64,000 nucleotides of DNA from Candidatus Micrarchaeota archaeon. Lineage in GTDB: Archaea > Micrarchaeota > Micrarchaeia > Anstonellales > Bilamarchaeaceae. The notes under the pieces were generated by a model that saw only the letters and a program-made list of their open reading frames with translations, had not been told where the DNA came from and made no database searches. Each line of letters opens with the position of its first letter. The first letter of the stretch is position 1. The stretch lies in assembly GCA_032123335.1 (NCBI GenBank), contig JAQBFN010000001.1, forward strand, positions 1,244 through 65,243, in the 5' to 3' direction. The translations under genes and the position numbers were made by a program. Below, in pieces: positions 8,810 to 17,728 of this stretch.

Positions 8810-9535
8810 ATGGCACACGGGATACTGGTGGATGCGCACTGCCACCTTGACTCTTTCAGCAAAAAGCAGCTGGAGGAGCTTCCGCAGGGGATTATTCCCT
8901 GCACTTCAGGCTATTCGCATGGCTCCAACCAGAAGACCCTGGAGATTGCAAAAAAGCTGGAAGTTCCTTTTTCCCTGGGGATTGCACCCCAAACTGTGCT
9001 GAAGGAGGGAAGGGAGAATCTCGGGGAGTGGATGCAGTTTATTGCGGATAGCAAGCCTAATGCAGTGGGGGAAGTGGGGCTGGACCACCACTGGGGCAAA
9101 AGCGAGGAGGATTTTGCGGTGGAGGAGGAAGTTTTCAGGGAAATAATATTGCTTGCGCAGAACCTTAAGCTCCCAATGGTAATCCATTCAAGGAAGGCGG
9201 AAAGCAGATGCCTGGATGTGATGGAGGATGCGGGGTGGAAGGGAAATTTCATGATGCACTTTTTTGCGGGAACCCTGGATGAGGCGCAGCGTGCAGTGGA
9301 CATGGGAGGCATAATCTCGATTGTAGGGCTGCATGCGAAAAACCGGAGGAAAGTAATTGCGGAAATTCCGCTTGAGAAGCTGGTTGTAGAGACGGATGCA
9401 CCATATGTAACGCGGAACATAGATGGGGTGCTGCAGTCGATTGGGTACATTTCCGAGGTTACAGGAATTCCGGAGGAGGAAGTGGGGAAAGTAACTGCGA
9501 AGAATGCCGCAAGGTTTTTTAACTTTCACTTGTGA
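8810..9535 (+). CDS. TatD family metal-dependent hydrolase
   Basis: VDAHCHLD at the N-terminus, VIHSR, and VETDAPY near the C-terminus. The ORF opens at 8801, but ATG 8810 fits a TTTTATAA box about 27 nt upstream (leaderless). Confidence 0.8.
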   Translation: MAHGILVDAHCHLDSFSKKQLEELPQGIIPCTSGYSHGSNQKTLEIAKKLEVPFSLGIAPQTVLKEGRENLGEWMQFIADSKPNAVGEVGLDHHWGKSEEDFAVEEEVFREIILLAQNLKLPMVIHSRKAESRCLDVMEDAGWKGNFMMHFFAGTLDEAQRAVDMGGIISIVGLHAKNRRKVIAEIPLEKLVVETDAPYVTRNIDGVLQSIGYISEVTGIPEEEVGKVTAKNAARFFNFHL

Positions 9536-9565
9536 AGAAGGTTCACCAAGTTTTGAAGTGGTTAA

Positions 9566-10057
9566 ATGGGAATTTTTGGAAATATTTTCGGAAAAAGAAC
9601 ACCCCAGATAGCCCTTTTTGTGGACGGCCCTAATGTAATCCGAAAGCAGCTTTCCGTGGATTTGCGGGAAGTGAAGCGCAAGGTTTCCGAACATGGAAAT
9701 ATACGCTCCGCAAAGATTTACCTGGACCAGTACGCCTCAGATAAACTGATTGAGGCAATGGTTAACCAGGGTTTTGAGCCCATAATAACTACGGGCGATG
9801 TGGACGTGACCCTTGCGGTGGAGGCAACCGAACAGGTTGTGAACCCGGATATAGACGTTGTGGCGATAATGTCCAGGGACACCGATTTTATCCCTGTGCT
9901 GAATAAAGTAAAGAAGCACGGGAAGAAGAATATCATTATCGGTGTGGAGCCTGGCTTCAGTGTTGCGCTGAAGAATACTGCGGACACGCTCATCATGGTG
10001 AAAACCCATGAGCGGAGTTCGCACCCACCAAGGGGCGATCCAAAGAAAAGAGCTTAA
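9566..10057 (+). CDS. NYN/LabA-like domain protein (putative RNase)
   Basis: ALFVDGPNV..., GDVDVTLAVEA, SRDTDFIPVLNKVKKHGKK pattern typical of NYN (DUF88) domains. Confidence 0.7.
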   Translation: MGIFGNIFGKRTPQIALFVDGPNVIRKQLSVDLREVKRKVSEHGNIRSAKIYLDQYASDKLIEAMVNQGFEPIITTGDVDVTLAVEATEQVVNPDIDVVAIMSRDTDFIPVLNKVKKHGKKNIIIGVEPGFSVALKNTADTLIMVKTHERSSHPPRGDPKKRA

Positions 10058-10206
10058 TCTCTTTTCCCTTCTTTTTTTCTCTGCGTATGGGGCAGGAAAC
10101 AACGGCATGTTTTTATGAAATTTTTTCCAGCAGCAAAAAACAGCAGAAAAAAATTTCTGGGAATATTTATAAAGTTTGTGAAATTAAGAGGTTCAGGTGA
10201 ATTGAA

Positions 10207-10584
10207 GTGCAAAAGAAAATGAAGAAAGCAGAAAAGCACATGAAGAAGTGGCACGGCGATGTCGGCCCGTACGCATACTTCCTCGGTGTTTTGGTAGCTA
10301 TATTCGCTGGATTTGCCTTGATTCCTGAAGCCACTTCTATCAGCTTCCTGGCGGCCCTGGGTGTTATCGTTGGTCTTCTTAATGTTCAGGACCACGAACT
10401 CGAGAAGTTCCTTCTCGCGTCATTGACATTCCTATTCTGTGCGGTTAGCCTGAGCAACCTTACTTACCTGATTCCTATGATTGGGGACCAGATTAGGTGG
10501 GTTCTCTACTACCTGACTGCATTTGCCGCCCCTGCTGCAGCTGTTGTGGCCCTTAAGGCAATACATGAAGCTGGCCAGGAGTAG
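10207..10584 (+). CDS. small membrane protein, unknown function
   Basis: 125-aa ORF (GTG start; internal ATGs nearby), basic N-terminus then 3-4 TM helices. Confidence 0.45.
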   Translation: MQKKMKKAEKHMKKWHGDVGPYAYFLGVLVAIFAGFALIPEATSISFLAALGVIVGLLNVQDHELEKFLLASLTFLFCAVSLSNLTYLIPMIGDQIRWVLYYLTAFAAPAAAVVALKAIHEAGQE

Positions 10585-10625
10585 GCCAACTCCCTTTTTT
10601 TATTTTCCTTTTCTATTCTTGTTCT

Positions 10626-11270
10626 ATGGATTATGCTAAAGTGCTCAATGTAATGTGGGACGAGGGGAAGAAGGGAGGTGCATTTGTATTCAGGAAAGAC
10701 GATATTCTTACTGCCCCCTATAGGGCGCTTGTATTTACAGTGCTTTCTGCGCGCACGCGTGATGAGAATACATACAAAGTGTGCAGGGAGCTGTTTAAAG
10801 TTGCGGATACTCCGGAGGAGGTTGTTGCGCTTGGGGATGTGGAGCTCGGGAAACTGCTTTATTCGATTGGATTCTATCGGGCAAAAACCAAAAGGGTGAT
10901 GGGGCTTTCTAAGATGCTTATTGCAACGTTTGGAGGAGAGGTTCCTGGAACCCGGGAGGAACTTATGGAGCTTCCGGGAGTGGGAAGGAAAACCGCAAAC
11001 ATAATTTTGAATAGGGTATTTGGGCAGGAAACGCTTGCAGTGGATGTGCACGTGCACCGGATTTCGAATAGATTGGGGTGGGTGAAAACCAAAACCCCGG
11101 AAAAAACTGAGCATGCGCTTCTTGAGCTGCTTCCGAAAAACCTGGTGAGAAAATGCAATAAAGCAATGGTTGCGTACGGGCAAACCGTGTGCCTTCCGCG
11201 GAATCCAAAGTGCAAAACCTGCAAAGTAAGGGAATACTGCAAGAGAGTTGGGCTGCCTGGATTAGATTAA
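10626..11270 (+). CDS. nth: endonuclease III (DNA glycosylase/AP lyase)
   Basis: HhH-GPD segment LMELPGVGRKTANIIL, VDVHVHR, and C-terminal 4Fe-4S ligands CLPRNPKCKTCKVREYC (CX6CX2CX5C). Confidence 0.9.
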   Translation: MDYAKVLNVMWDEGKKGGAFVFRKDDILTAPYRALVFTVLSARTRDENTYKVCRELFKVADTPEEVVALGDVELGKLLYSIGFYRAKTKRVMGLSKMLIATFGGEVPGTREELMELPGVGRKTANIILNRVFGQETLAVDVHVHRISNRLGWVKTKTPEKTEHALLELLPKNLVRKCNKAMVAYGQTVCLPRNPKCKTCKVREYCKRVGLPGLD

Positions 11271-12139
11271 CCGATTTGGGCTTCAAAAATAAGGTACTTG
11301 TTACCTATACGCTGCAGGATTGCGGAGGTATCGTTCTTGCTCTTTACCAAAGCGATTGCGCAGCCTCCCCCTCCGGAGCCGGTAAGCTTTGCACCCAGAG
11401 CCCCTTCATCCTTGAACATCTCGATTAATTCTTCAAGTTCGGGTGAGGAAACGCCAACCTGGCGCAGGTACTCCTGGTTCTGGTCCATAAGGGCTCCGAG
11501 CCGGTTTAAATCGCCCTGCTCAAGAGAATATTTTGCTTCCATTACAAGGTCTTCTTCCTTCTTCATCAAATCTGCAAAGAACTCAGGCTTCCCTTCCTTT
11601 ACGCGCGCAACTCCTGCAACCAAATCCTTGGTGTAACCCTTCTTTCCTGTGTATGCAATTACAATGTGGATGGGCTCAGCGAGCTCGATTGCGACAGGGT
11701 CTTCCCCACGCTTGAAAAGGATTGCACCCTTGCGCGAAGCGAGCGTATTGTCTATTCCGGAAGGGTTTCCATGGAATACTTTCTCCCCTTCGTATGCGTG
11801 CTTTGCAACCCCCTTCCAATCCAGCTCAACGCCTTTTTCCTGGGCAGCTGCACGAACGAGTGCAACGGAGTAGGCTGCACTCCAGCCCATTCCAGCTCCG
11901 CTGGGAATATCAGTTTCAACTTCAATGGAATAGTTGCCTGGGAGGCCCAGGGAATCCAGAATGGCACGGGAAGCATCAAGCACTATCTGCCCGGTTTCAA
12001 TATTCAGGTTAAGATTATCTGAGGGAGTTATTTTTACTAAGAATTCCTTGGAGAGGGATGCACCTATTGCATGGGAACCCTGCACTACAAAGTGCTCCCC
12101 AAAAAGAATTGTTTTTGCAAACCCTTTCCCTTCGCCCAT
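11267..12139 (-). CDS. mvk: mevalonate kinase
   Basis: GKTILFGEHFVVQG, GHMP loop PSGAGMGWSAA, and KLTGSGGGGC. The start is moved to Met26 of the track ORF so the gene no longer overlaps the NAC gene. Confidence 0.85.
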   Translation of the reverse strand: MGEGKGFAKTILFGEHFVVQGSHAIGASLSKEFLVKITPSDNLNLNIETGQIVLDASRAILDSLGLPGNYSIEVETDIPSGAGMGWSAAYSVALVRAAAQEKGVELDWKGVAKHAYEGEKVFHGNPSGIDNTLASRKGAILFKRGEDPVAIELAEPIHIVIAYTGKKGYTKDLVAGVARVKEGKPEFFADLMKKEEDLVMEAKYSLEQGDLNRLGALMDQNQEYLRQVGVSSPELEELIEMFKDEGALGAKLTGSGGGGCAIALVKSKNDTSAILQRIGNKYLIFEAQIG

Positions 12140-12143
12140 ACGC

Positions 12144-12485
12144 TCAGGCTTCCTCTTGCTCAAGGGAAATGATTGCTTCTGCAATGTCCCCTCCGGATTT
12201 TGTAAGCGCTTCAACAGCCTGCTCGCGGGTGCATCCTGCCTTTTCCATTACGAGCTCAACATCATCTTCGTTCATGGATTGCTCGGTGCGCACAGTTCCG
12301 GAAATCTGGAAGGAATCCTGGCCCTGCATGGAAATCCTGGTGACCTGTGCAGGCTCAACAATTATTTTCTCATCAGCAGTTTCGATTATTACACGCACTG
12401 CTGCAACCTCTACTGTGTTTATGCCCATCTGCTTCATCATCCGGGCCATCTGCTTTGGATCCATATTAGGCATCATTGTTATCAC
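12144..12485 (-). CDS. nac: nascent polypeptide-associated complex protein (NAC domain + UBA)
   Basis: MARMMKQMGINTVEV... NAC beta-barrel pattern, and a C-terminal UBA-like DVELVMEKAGCTREQAVEALTKSGGDIAEAI. Confidence 0.85.
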   Translation of the reverse strand: MITMMPNMDPKQMARMMKQMGINTVEVAAVRVIIETADEKIIVEPAQVTRISMQGQDSFQISGTVRTEQSMNEDDVELVMEKAGCTREQAVEALTKSGGDIAEAIISLEQEEA

Positions 12486-13159
12486 ATCTCAAGCAACAAA
12501 TCTTTTTCAAGCATCTTTTCGAGCTTCTCCAGAATTTCAGAGTAAATTTTTTCCCCTCGTTCTTTGCTGATATCTCCAACCTTGCCAATGTAGCCGGAAG
12601 GAGTAAACAAATCATCGGGAGGGGGAATAATTGCGCCAACATAATCCTTGCGCTCCTCCTGCACGGGTTCCGCACGCAATTCATGGCCTGCTGCAAGAAC
12701 AAGGGAGGATTCAACCTCATCCGCGTGCCCTGCTTCCGCATCAGTGAGCTTCCACCACTCAACTACTGCGGCACGAAACTCAAAATCATCGGAGAGCTCC
12801 TTGAGCGCGGATTTAACCGGGCTGGTATTCCCTCCGTGCCCAATGATCACCAGGATGCGGGTGAAGCCTTCACGGAAAAGTTCCGTAAAAATCTCTTCCG
12901 CAACCGTGTGCAGGGTGCGGGAAGTAAGGCTTATTGCTCCGGGATATTTGCGCAAAGTGTAAACGTACCCATAATTAAGAGGGGGAAAAAGAAGCGCGCC
13001 GGATTTCTTTTCCAGGCGCTTCGCGATCTCCCAGGGGATAATGGAATCTGTATCCAGGGGAAGATGCTTTCCGTGCGGCTCAATCGCACCGAAAACAAGG
13101 ATTGCGGGCTTTCCCTTTGCCTTTTCGAATTCTTCCCAGCTAAGGTCGCCCGCGTACAT
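12482..13159 (-). CDS. creatininase family amidohydrolase
   Basis: FGAIEPHGKHLPLDTD, IIGHGGN and GHADEVESS motifs. Confidence 0.75.
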   Translation of the reverse strand: MYAGDLSWEEFEKAKGKPAILVFGAIEPHGKHLPLDTDSIIPWEIAKRLEKKSGALLFPPLNYGYVYTLRKYPGAISLTSRTLHTVAEEIFTELFREGFTRILVIIGHGGNTSPVKSALKELSDDFEFRAAVVEWWKLTDAEAGHADEVESSLVLAAGHELRAEPVQEERKDYVGAIIPPPDDLFTPSGYIGKVGDISKERGEKIYSEILEKLEKMLEKDLLLEM

Positions 13160-13164
13160 CCGCT

Positions 13165-13761
13165 CTACTCCAGGAGTTCCTTGAGCTCGGTCTTCCTGAA
13201 CTCAACCTTGCTCATGGGGGTAATCCTCTTGAGCTTCCCGTACAACTTGGAAGAAAGCCTTCCATAGAGTATTTCCTGCATGAGCTCATAGTAGCTGTAT
13301 TTTCCTGCGGATTCGCTGAGCTCCAGTTCGAGAACCTCGCGGAGGTTCTTCTTCATGGTTTCGCTGATGCGGTCACGGGTTACGGAAATGAGCTTTACAC
13401 GCACCATGTGGTCATCGTTGGTTGGGAGGTCGCGCACTGTGTGGAGCACCGTTCTCCTCCTGCGCACAAGGGTGCGGATGTAACCGGGCGAAAGCCTGTG
13501 CCCGATAAGCTCAGTGTAGGCGGTTTTTCCCTTGATGTCCTTTATGCGGAATTCCAGGGTAGTGTAGATGTTGGCCTGCGACATTTTTCCTGTGATGTCC
13601 ATGAGGCTCACCGGAACTATGCGGTTGATGAGCTTTGCCTCATCTGAAGTAACAACTTCACCGAGCTGCTTGGAATCAAATGCCTGTGGTGCAAGCACTA
13701 TGTACCAGTCCTTAGCCTTTTTCTTTTCTGCTGTTTTTCTTGATTTTTTAGGTTTAGCCAT
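13165..13761 (-). CDS. rps3ae: 30S ribosomal protein S3Ae (eS1)
   Basis: KKKAKDWYIVLAPQAFD... pattern. 198 aa. Confidence 0.9.
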   Translation of the reverse strand: MAKPKKSRKTAEKKKAKDWYIVLAPQAFDSKQLGEVVTSDEAKLINRIVPVSLMDITGKMSQANIYTTLEFRIKDIKGKTAYTELIGHRLSPGYIRTLVRRRRTVLHTVRDLPTNDDHMVRVKLISVTRDRISETMKKNLREVLELELSESAGKYSYYELMQEILYGRLSSKLYGKLKRITPMSKVEFRKTELKELLE

Positions 13762-13771
13762 AGGAACACCT

Positions 13772-14227
13772 TCACTTTATGAGCAGCGCTGCTGTTTCTG
13801 GATCGTATTTCCAGCCTGCGGGTACACGCCCGGTCTCGCGGTACTTCTTGGAGAGCCTGTGGATTTTAGATTCCACATGGAGGAGTTTTACGGTGTTGTG
13901 TGTGTCCCCCTTGTTCTGCTTGAGGTGGTCCCTCATTCCCACGGCCTTCTTGATTAAGCTGATGAGGTCCTCTGGGAATTTGGTGAGAATATTCTCCTTC
14001 TCAAGGAACTCATTCATGCTCATTCCAAGCATTCTTTTCACAAGGGGGATGCTGTACTGGTCCCTTAGGATTAGCCCAATTTTCGCGGGCGGAACACCTT
14101 CCCTTGCAAGTTTGCGGATTATTTCCTCTGCCTCTTCCTTTGAATAGGAAGACCATTCAGGAGTTCCCTCCTTTACGGGCGGGTTTGAACCTGACTTACC
14201 TTTTTTTCTCGAGTGCAATCTTGCCAT
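13772..14227 (-). CDS. rps15: 30S ribosomal protein S15 (uS15/S13e type)
   Basis: MARLHSRKKGKSGS start, GLILRDQYSIP, and C-terminal HLKQNKGDTHN...LLHVESKIHRL. Confidence 0.9.
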   Translation of the reverse strand: MARLHSRKKGKSGSNPPVKEGTPEWSSYSKEEAEEIIRKLAREGVPPAKIGLILRDQYSIPLVKRMLGMSMNEFLEKENILTKFPEDLISLIKKAVGMRDHLKQNKGDTHNTVKLLHVESKIHRLSKKYRETGRVPAGWKYDPETAALLIK

Positions 14228-14236
14228 TCCTTCACC

Positions 14237-14794
14237 TTATTTTTGTATGTATTTTCCAAACTTTTCCAGAGCGCGCTTCCTATGCGAAAGCGCTCCTTTC
14301 ATTTCCGGTACCTCGGCGAAGGTCTTATTCCCGGAGTGGCGAACCTCGGGAACATTTTCCGGTATGAATATAGGGTCGTACCCGAATCCTCCGGTTCCCC
14401 GGGGTTCCTCAGATATCCTTCCTTTCACCAAACCGGTGAAAGTTTCTACTGTGCTTCCATCCGTGTATGCGATGCATGCGCGGAACTCGGCTTCCTCCCC
14501 TGCAGCAAGCTTCAGGGTTCCTTCGTTCCCAAGCTTCCTGAACACCCATGCGGAATACGCTCCGGGGAATTCATTCAAAGCGGGAATAAAGAGTCCTGAA
14601 TCCTCCACAAAAAGGGGCTCTCTGAACTTCGCATGCGCAAAACGGGCGGATGCGGTCGCGACTTCCTCAATGGAATCGCTCCTAATCTCCTCTACTAAGA
14701 GATTACGGTGGACAATATTGACACCGAAGTGTTTTAAAATCTTTTCTGCTTCCGCAAATTTGCCCGGATTGCCCGTTACGAAGGAAATCTGCAT
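14237..14794 (-). CDS. non-canonical purine NTP pyrophosphatase (Ham1/RdgB/ITPase)
   Basis: FVTGNPGKFAEA, GGFGYDPIF and SHR motifs. Start set at Met20 (ATG 14792-14794) of the track ORF. Confidence 0.85.
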   Translation of the reverse strand: MQISFVTGNPGKFAEAEKILKHFGVNIVHRNLLVEEIRSDSIEEVATASARFAHAKFREPLFVEDSGLFIPALNEFPGAYSAWVFRKLGNEGTLKLAAGEEAEFRACIAYTDGSTVETFTGLVKGRISEEPRGTGGFGYDPIFIPENVPEVRHSGNKTFAEVPEMKGALSHRKRALEKFGKYIQK

Positions 14795-14828
14795 GGATTT
14801 GGGTTGTTGAGTAGGTTTATTAAACAGA

Positions 14829-15524
14829 CTAGAAATAGAAGCGGTTTCCAACGTTCATGGTCAACTCAAAATACTCCTTCACGAGGTTATTGTCCCCTGC
14901 AAATGTATCCAGGGAATCCTGGCTGAATTCCGGGCTGGAGATAAGCTGGTCCAGCTCCTTGAGCACTGCGGGGCCCTCCCATGCTGCAAACGGCCTGAGT
15001 AAGAAGGCAGCTATTGCAAGGTGCGCTTCATCCAGGAATGCCCCCCTTTCAGGATCAGGAAGCTTCTTGGCCTGGGCAAGGGCAGAATCCACCATTTCCC
15101 CTCCGGCAATGGCATACACCTCAATAAACTCATCAATCATAGGTGAATAACCTTTTCCTGGGAAAACCCGCGGCTCGTGTTCAAGCACTTTCTTTCCTGC
15201 ATCAACTACCAGGGCCAATGATTTCGAGGTTCCGGGTGGGAGGATTTTTAAGGAATTGTAAACAGAGATGCGTTCGGTTTTGGTTACGGTAAATGAGTCT
15301 GATGTGGTGAGGGAAGCTGCGGGTTTTCTTTCCGGTTCCCTTTGCTCCTCCGCCTGCGGGCACCCATAAAGGGCAATTGCGCCTGCACCTGCCACGGTTA
15401 AAACTGCATGGGCCACCATGAGTTTTGCTGTAGAGAAATGGAATTTTCCAGGGGGGTTTGAATTTTTTGGAGCTGGATTGGAAGTGGTGTTTGCATGGAT
15501 TTTCCTGCTCGTGGCCATACACAT
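14829..15524 (-). CDS. membrane-anchored hypothetical protein, 'RPFAAW' domain paralog 1
   Basis: Basic N-terminus, one TM ending in ..ALYGC. The C-terminal ~100 aa are clearly homologous to the C-terminus of the next gene. Confidence 0.55.
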   Translation of the reverse strand: MCMATSRKIHANTTSNPAPKNSNPPGKFHFSTAKLMVAHAVLTVAGAGAIALYGCPQAEEQREPERKPAASLTTSDSFTVTKTERISVYNSLKILPPGTSKSLALVVDAGKKVLEHEPRVFPGKGYSPMIDEFIEVYAIAGGEMVDSALAQAKKLPDPERGAFLDEAHLAIAAFLLRPFAAWEGPAVLKELDQLISSPEFSQDSLDTFAGDNNLVKEYFELTMNVGNRFYF

Positions 15525-15584
15525 TATTACGAAGGAGTAATATATAAACGTTGTGGTAAAGGGGGGAACTAAATGTAAAGGAGC

Positions 15585-16769
15585 TCAGGAGGATAAGCGT
15601 TCCCTGAGGCCATTTAAAAGGAAATTGTACTCCTGGTGCAGATTATTGTGCCACGCAAATTCCCTGAGAGCCTCGATGCTAAAATCAGGGCTGGAAAGCA
15701 GCCTGTCCAGCTTGCCAAGGGAGCCCTGCCATGCTGCAAATGGCCTCATCATGAGTGCAGTGAAGCGGGGAATCGCAAACTCCACAATCCTGCCCCTCTC
15801 TTCACGGCTCATTTCCTTCATCGTGGAAGAAAGCTCATCTACAGCTTCGCCTCCCATTATGGAGTAAAGGGAAATAAAGGTGTCCACCGTGCGTTCAAAG
15901 GCAGTTCTCTTGTCTTCAGTGGAAGAGGAAGAAAATTCCAGATTCTGTGTTTGTGCAATCAGGAAGTTTTCTGCTATCTTGAGTGCTTCCATAAACACTC
16001 TGGATTCGGATTTTTTTGGATCCACAACAGGCTCAGGGAGAGTATTCAGGGATTGGAATACCTGCCTGGCTGCATAAAGGTCGGCACCATCATCGAAAAC
16101 CTTTATGAGCATCTTTTCCGGGGTAATGTCAGATTTAAGGATAGTGATGCGCGCCTGCCTCCCGTTTCTGCTGTCCAATAGGCGCACAATCAGCATTTCC
16201 CCCTGGTCCTTGATGCGAACTTCCGGGGTAATAATGCTGAGTTCGGAAAAGCTGAGCTCAAAAGAGCGCTTTTGTGTGCCCTGCAAAACAGTAAAGAGAA
16301 GGGTTCTGTCCATCTGGTCCACCTTCAAGCGGAGCTTTCCCCCTTGGGAAATCGGGACCTCAAAAATACTAAGCGATGATGATTTCCTGTACTTATCTGT
16401 TTCAGGCTTCAGTGAAGAAAGAAGATAGCCTATGCTTTCGGTGCTGCTGGCGTCCACAAGAGGTGGAGCAATTATGTAAGAGGATGGTGCCGAAAGGTCG
16501 ATTAGCTCCGGGGCCCGGGCTTCAGCTCCAGAAGGCGATACTGCGATGCCTGCCGCAAGCGTCCCTGCAAGGAGCAGCTTTGCTGCGGGGGAAAGTTTCT
16601 TTTTTGGTGCATTCAACTCTTTTTTCTGTCTTGCGAGTTCGGAGTCCTGGAGGGCCCTCTTTGCCCCCGGGGGAAATCCTTTCTTCCTTGAGGGCTTTGG
16701 AGCAACATATTCTTTCTTTGCGGTTTTGCGGGATGAATCTTTGGATGTTGACACAGTTTGCACCTGCAT
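15585..16769 (-). CDS. membrane-anchored hypothetical protein, 'RPFAAW' domain paralog 2
   Basis: 394 aa. K/S-rich N-terminus, one TM, and a C-terminal block FISLYSIMGGEAVD...MRPFAAWQGSLGKLDRLLSSPDFS...NNL shared with 14829..15524. Confidence 0.55.
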   Translation of the reverse strand: MQVQTVSTSKDSSRKTAKKEYVAPKPSRKKGFPPGAKRALQDSELARQKKELNAPKKKLSPAAKLLLAGTLAAGIAVSPSGAEARAPELIDLSAPSSYIIAPPLVDASSTESIGYLLSSLKPETDKYRKSSSLSIFEVPISQGGKLRLKVDQMDRTLLFTVLQGTQKRSFELSFSELSIITPEVRIKDQGEMLIVRLLDSRNGRQARITILKSDITPEKMLIKVFDDGADLYAARQVFQSLNTLPEPVVDPKKSESRVFMEALKIAENFLIAQTQNLEFSSSSTEDKRTAFERTVDTFISLYSIMGGEAVDELSSTMKEMSREERGRIVEFAIPRFTALMMRPFAAWQGSLGKLDRLLSSPDFSIEALREFAWHNNLHQEYNFLLNGLRERLSS

Positions 16770-16843
16770 TATTTGGATATCCGGGAATATATAAAGCTGA
16801 TGGAATGGGAAGCGTTTTTAAATGATTTCTGGGAAGGGGGGGC

Positions 16844-17671
16844 ATGGCAATCAAGAAATCAAAATCCAGGAAGAAGGCAGCAAAGAAAGTGAAGAAGCCT
16901 GTTCCAAAAAAAGCGCCCAGGAAAGCAAAAAAGAAAGAAGCGAAACGAGCAAAGAAAAAGAAGGCAATGGAGAAGGTTGCAACAAAAGTAATGAAAGTGG
17001 ACAAGAAGCTGGTTGAGTGGAGGAAGGCACTCATGGCTCCCGCGGAAAGGGCGATGATTGATTTCTTCCTGTACCCCCTTGCAAAGAACCGCGGGGAAAA
17101 GGAAGCTGCAAAAAAAGTAATGATGGAATCCTACATACGCGGGGATGAAGTGGTGAAGCAATTCATCCTGTTCCTTGCGCACGAGCAGCTTTCACGGGCC
17201 GCGGGAATCAAGACGATGCACAACTTCGGGCACTACAGAAAAATGATGGGAAAAGAGATGAATCCCGGGGAGGTGCGAAAGGCAGTTTACAGAACCATAT
17301 TCAACTATACTACTTCACTTGAAGGGCTTACCGAGCTGATTGAATTCATTGGAGAGCTCGGGGATGCGGGGGCAGCAAAGCTGCTGAGCTACCACCTTAG
17401 CTACTACTCAGCAATGGAGGCACCCGCGCTGCAGGTACTGAGGAATGCGACAATAGATTCACTCAGGGAATGCAATTCCCCTTATGCGCTGGATGCGCTG
17501 CTGAGCTATGCGAAATACGGGGAGAAAAACGACCGGGCGCTCTATGCACTCAAGAAATGGGATGATAAGCTGGATAAGATTGAGATGGGAACGGAGGAAA
17601 AGAAATTCTACGAAAAAAAGATTGCGGAACTGTTTACTAGTGGAAAGGAGAAGCACGAATATTACAGATGA
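16844..17671 (+). CDS. hypothetical protein: Lys-rich N-terminal tail + helical-repeat (HEAT-like) body
   Basis: The first ~45 aa are about half Lys (MAIKKSKSRKKAAKKVKKPVPKKAPRKAKKKEAKRAKKKK). The rest is helical with HEAT-like strings (GDAGAAKLL, SPYALDALLSYAKYG). Confidence 0.5.
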   Translation: MAIKKSKSRKKAAKKVKKPVPKKAPRKAKKKEAKRAKKKKAMEKVATKVMKVDKKLVEWRKALMAPAERAMIDFFLYPLAKNRGEKEAAKKVMMESYIRGDEVVKQFILFLAHEQLSRAAGIKTMHNFGHYRKMMGKEMNPGEVRKAVYRTIFNYTTSLEGLTELIEFIGELGDAGAAKLLSYHLSYYSAMEAPALQVLRNATIDSLRECNSPYALDALLSYAKYGEKNDRALYALKKWDDKLDKIEMGTEEKKFYEKKIAELFTSGKEKHEYYR

Positions 17672-17728
17672 CGATTTGGAGTGCAGGCGGCGGAGCCGGT
17701 CATTTCTGTGCTCCAAAGCGGCACGAGC

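Noticed and set aside
10110-10160. A/T-rich inverted repeat GAAATTTTTT...AAAAAAATTTC downstream of the NYN gene
   Set aside because: The low-complexity A/T stems sit beside oligo-T runs. This is most simply an ordinary archaeal terminator and promoter region. It is not distinctive enough to report as a finding.
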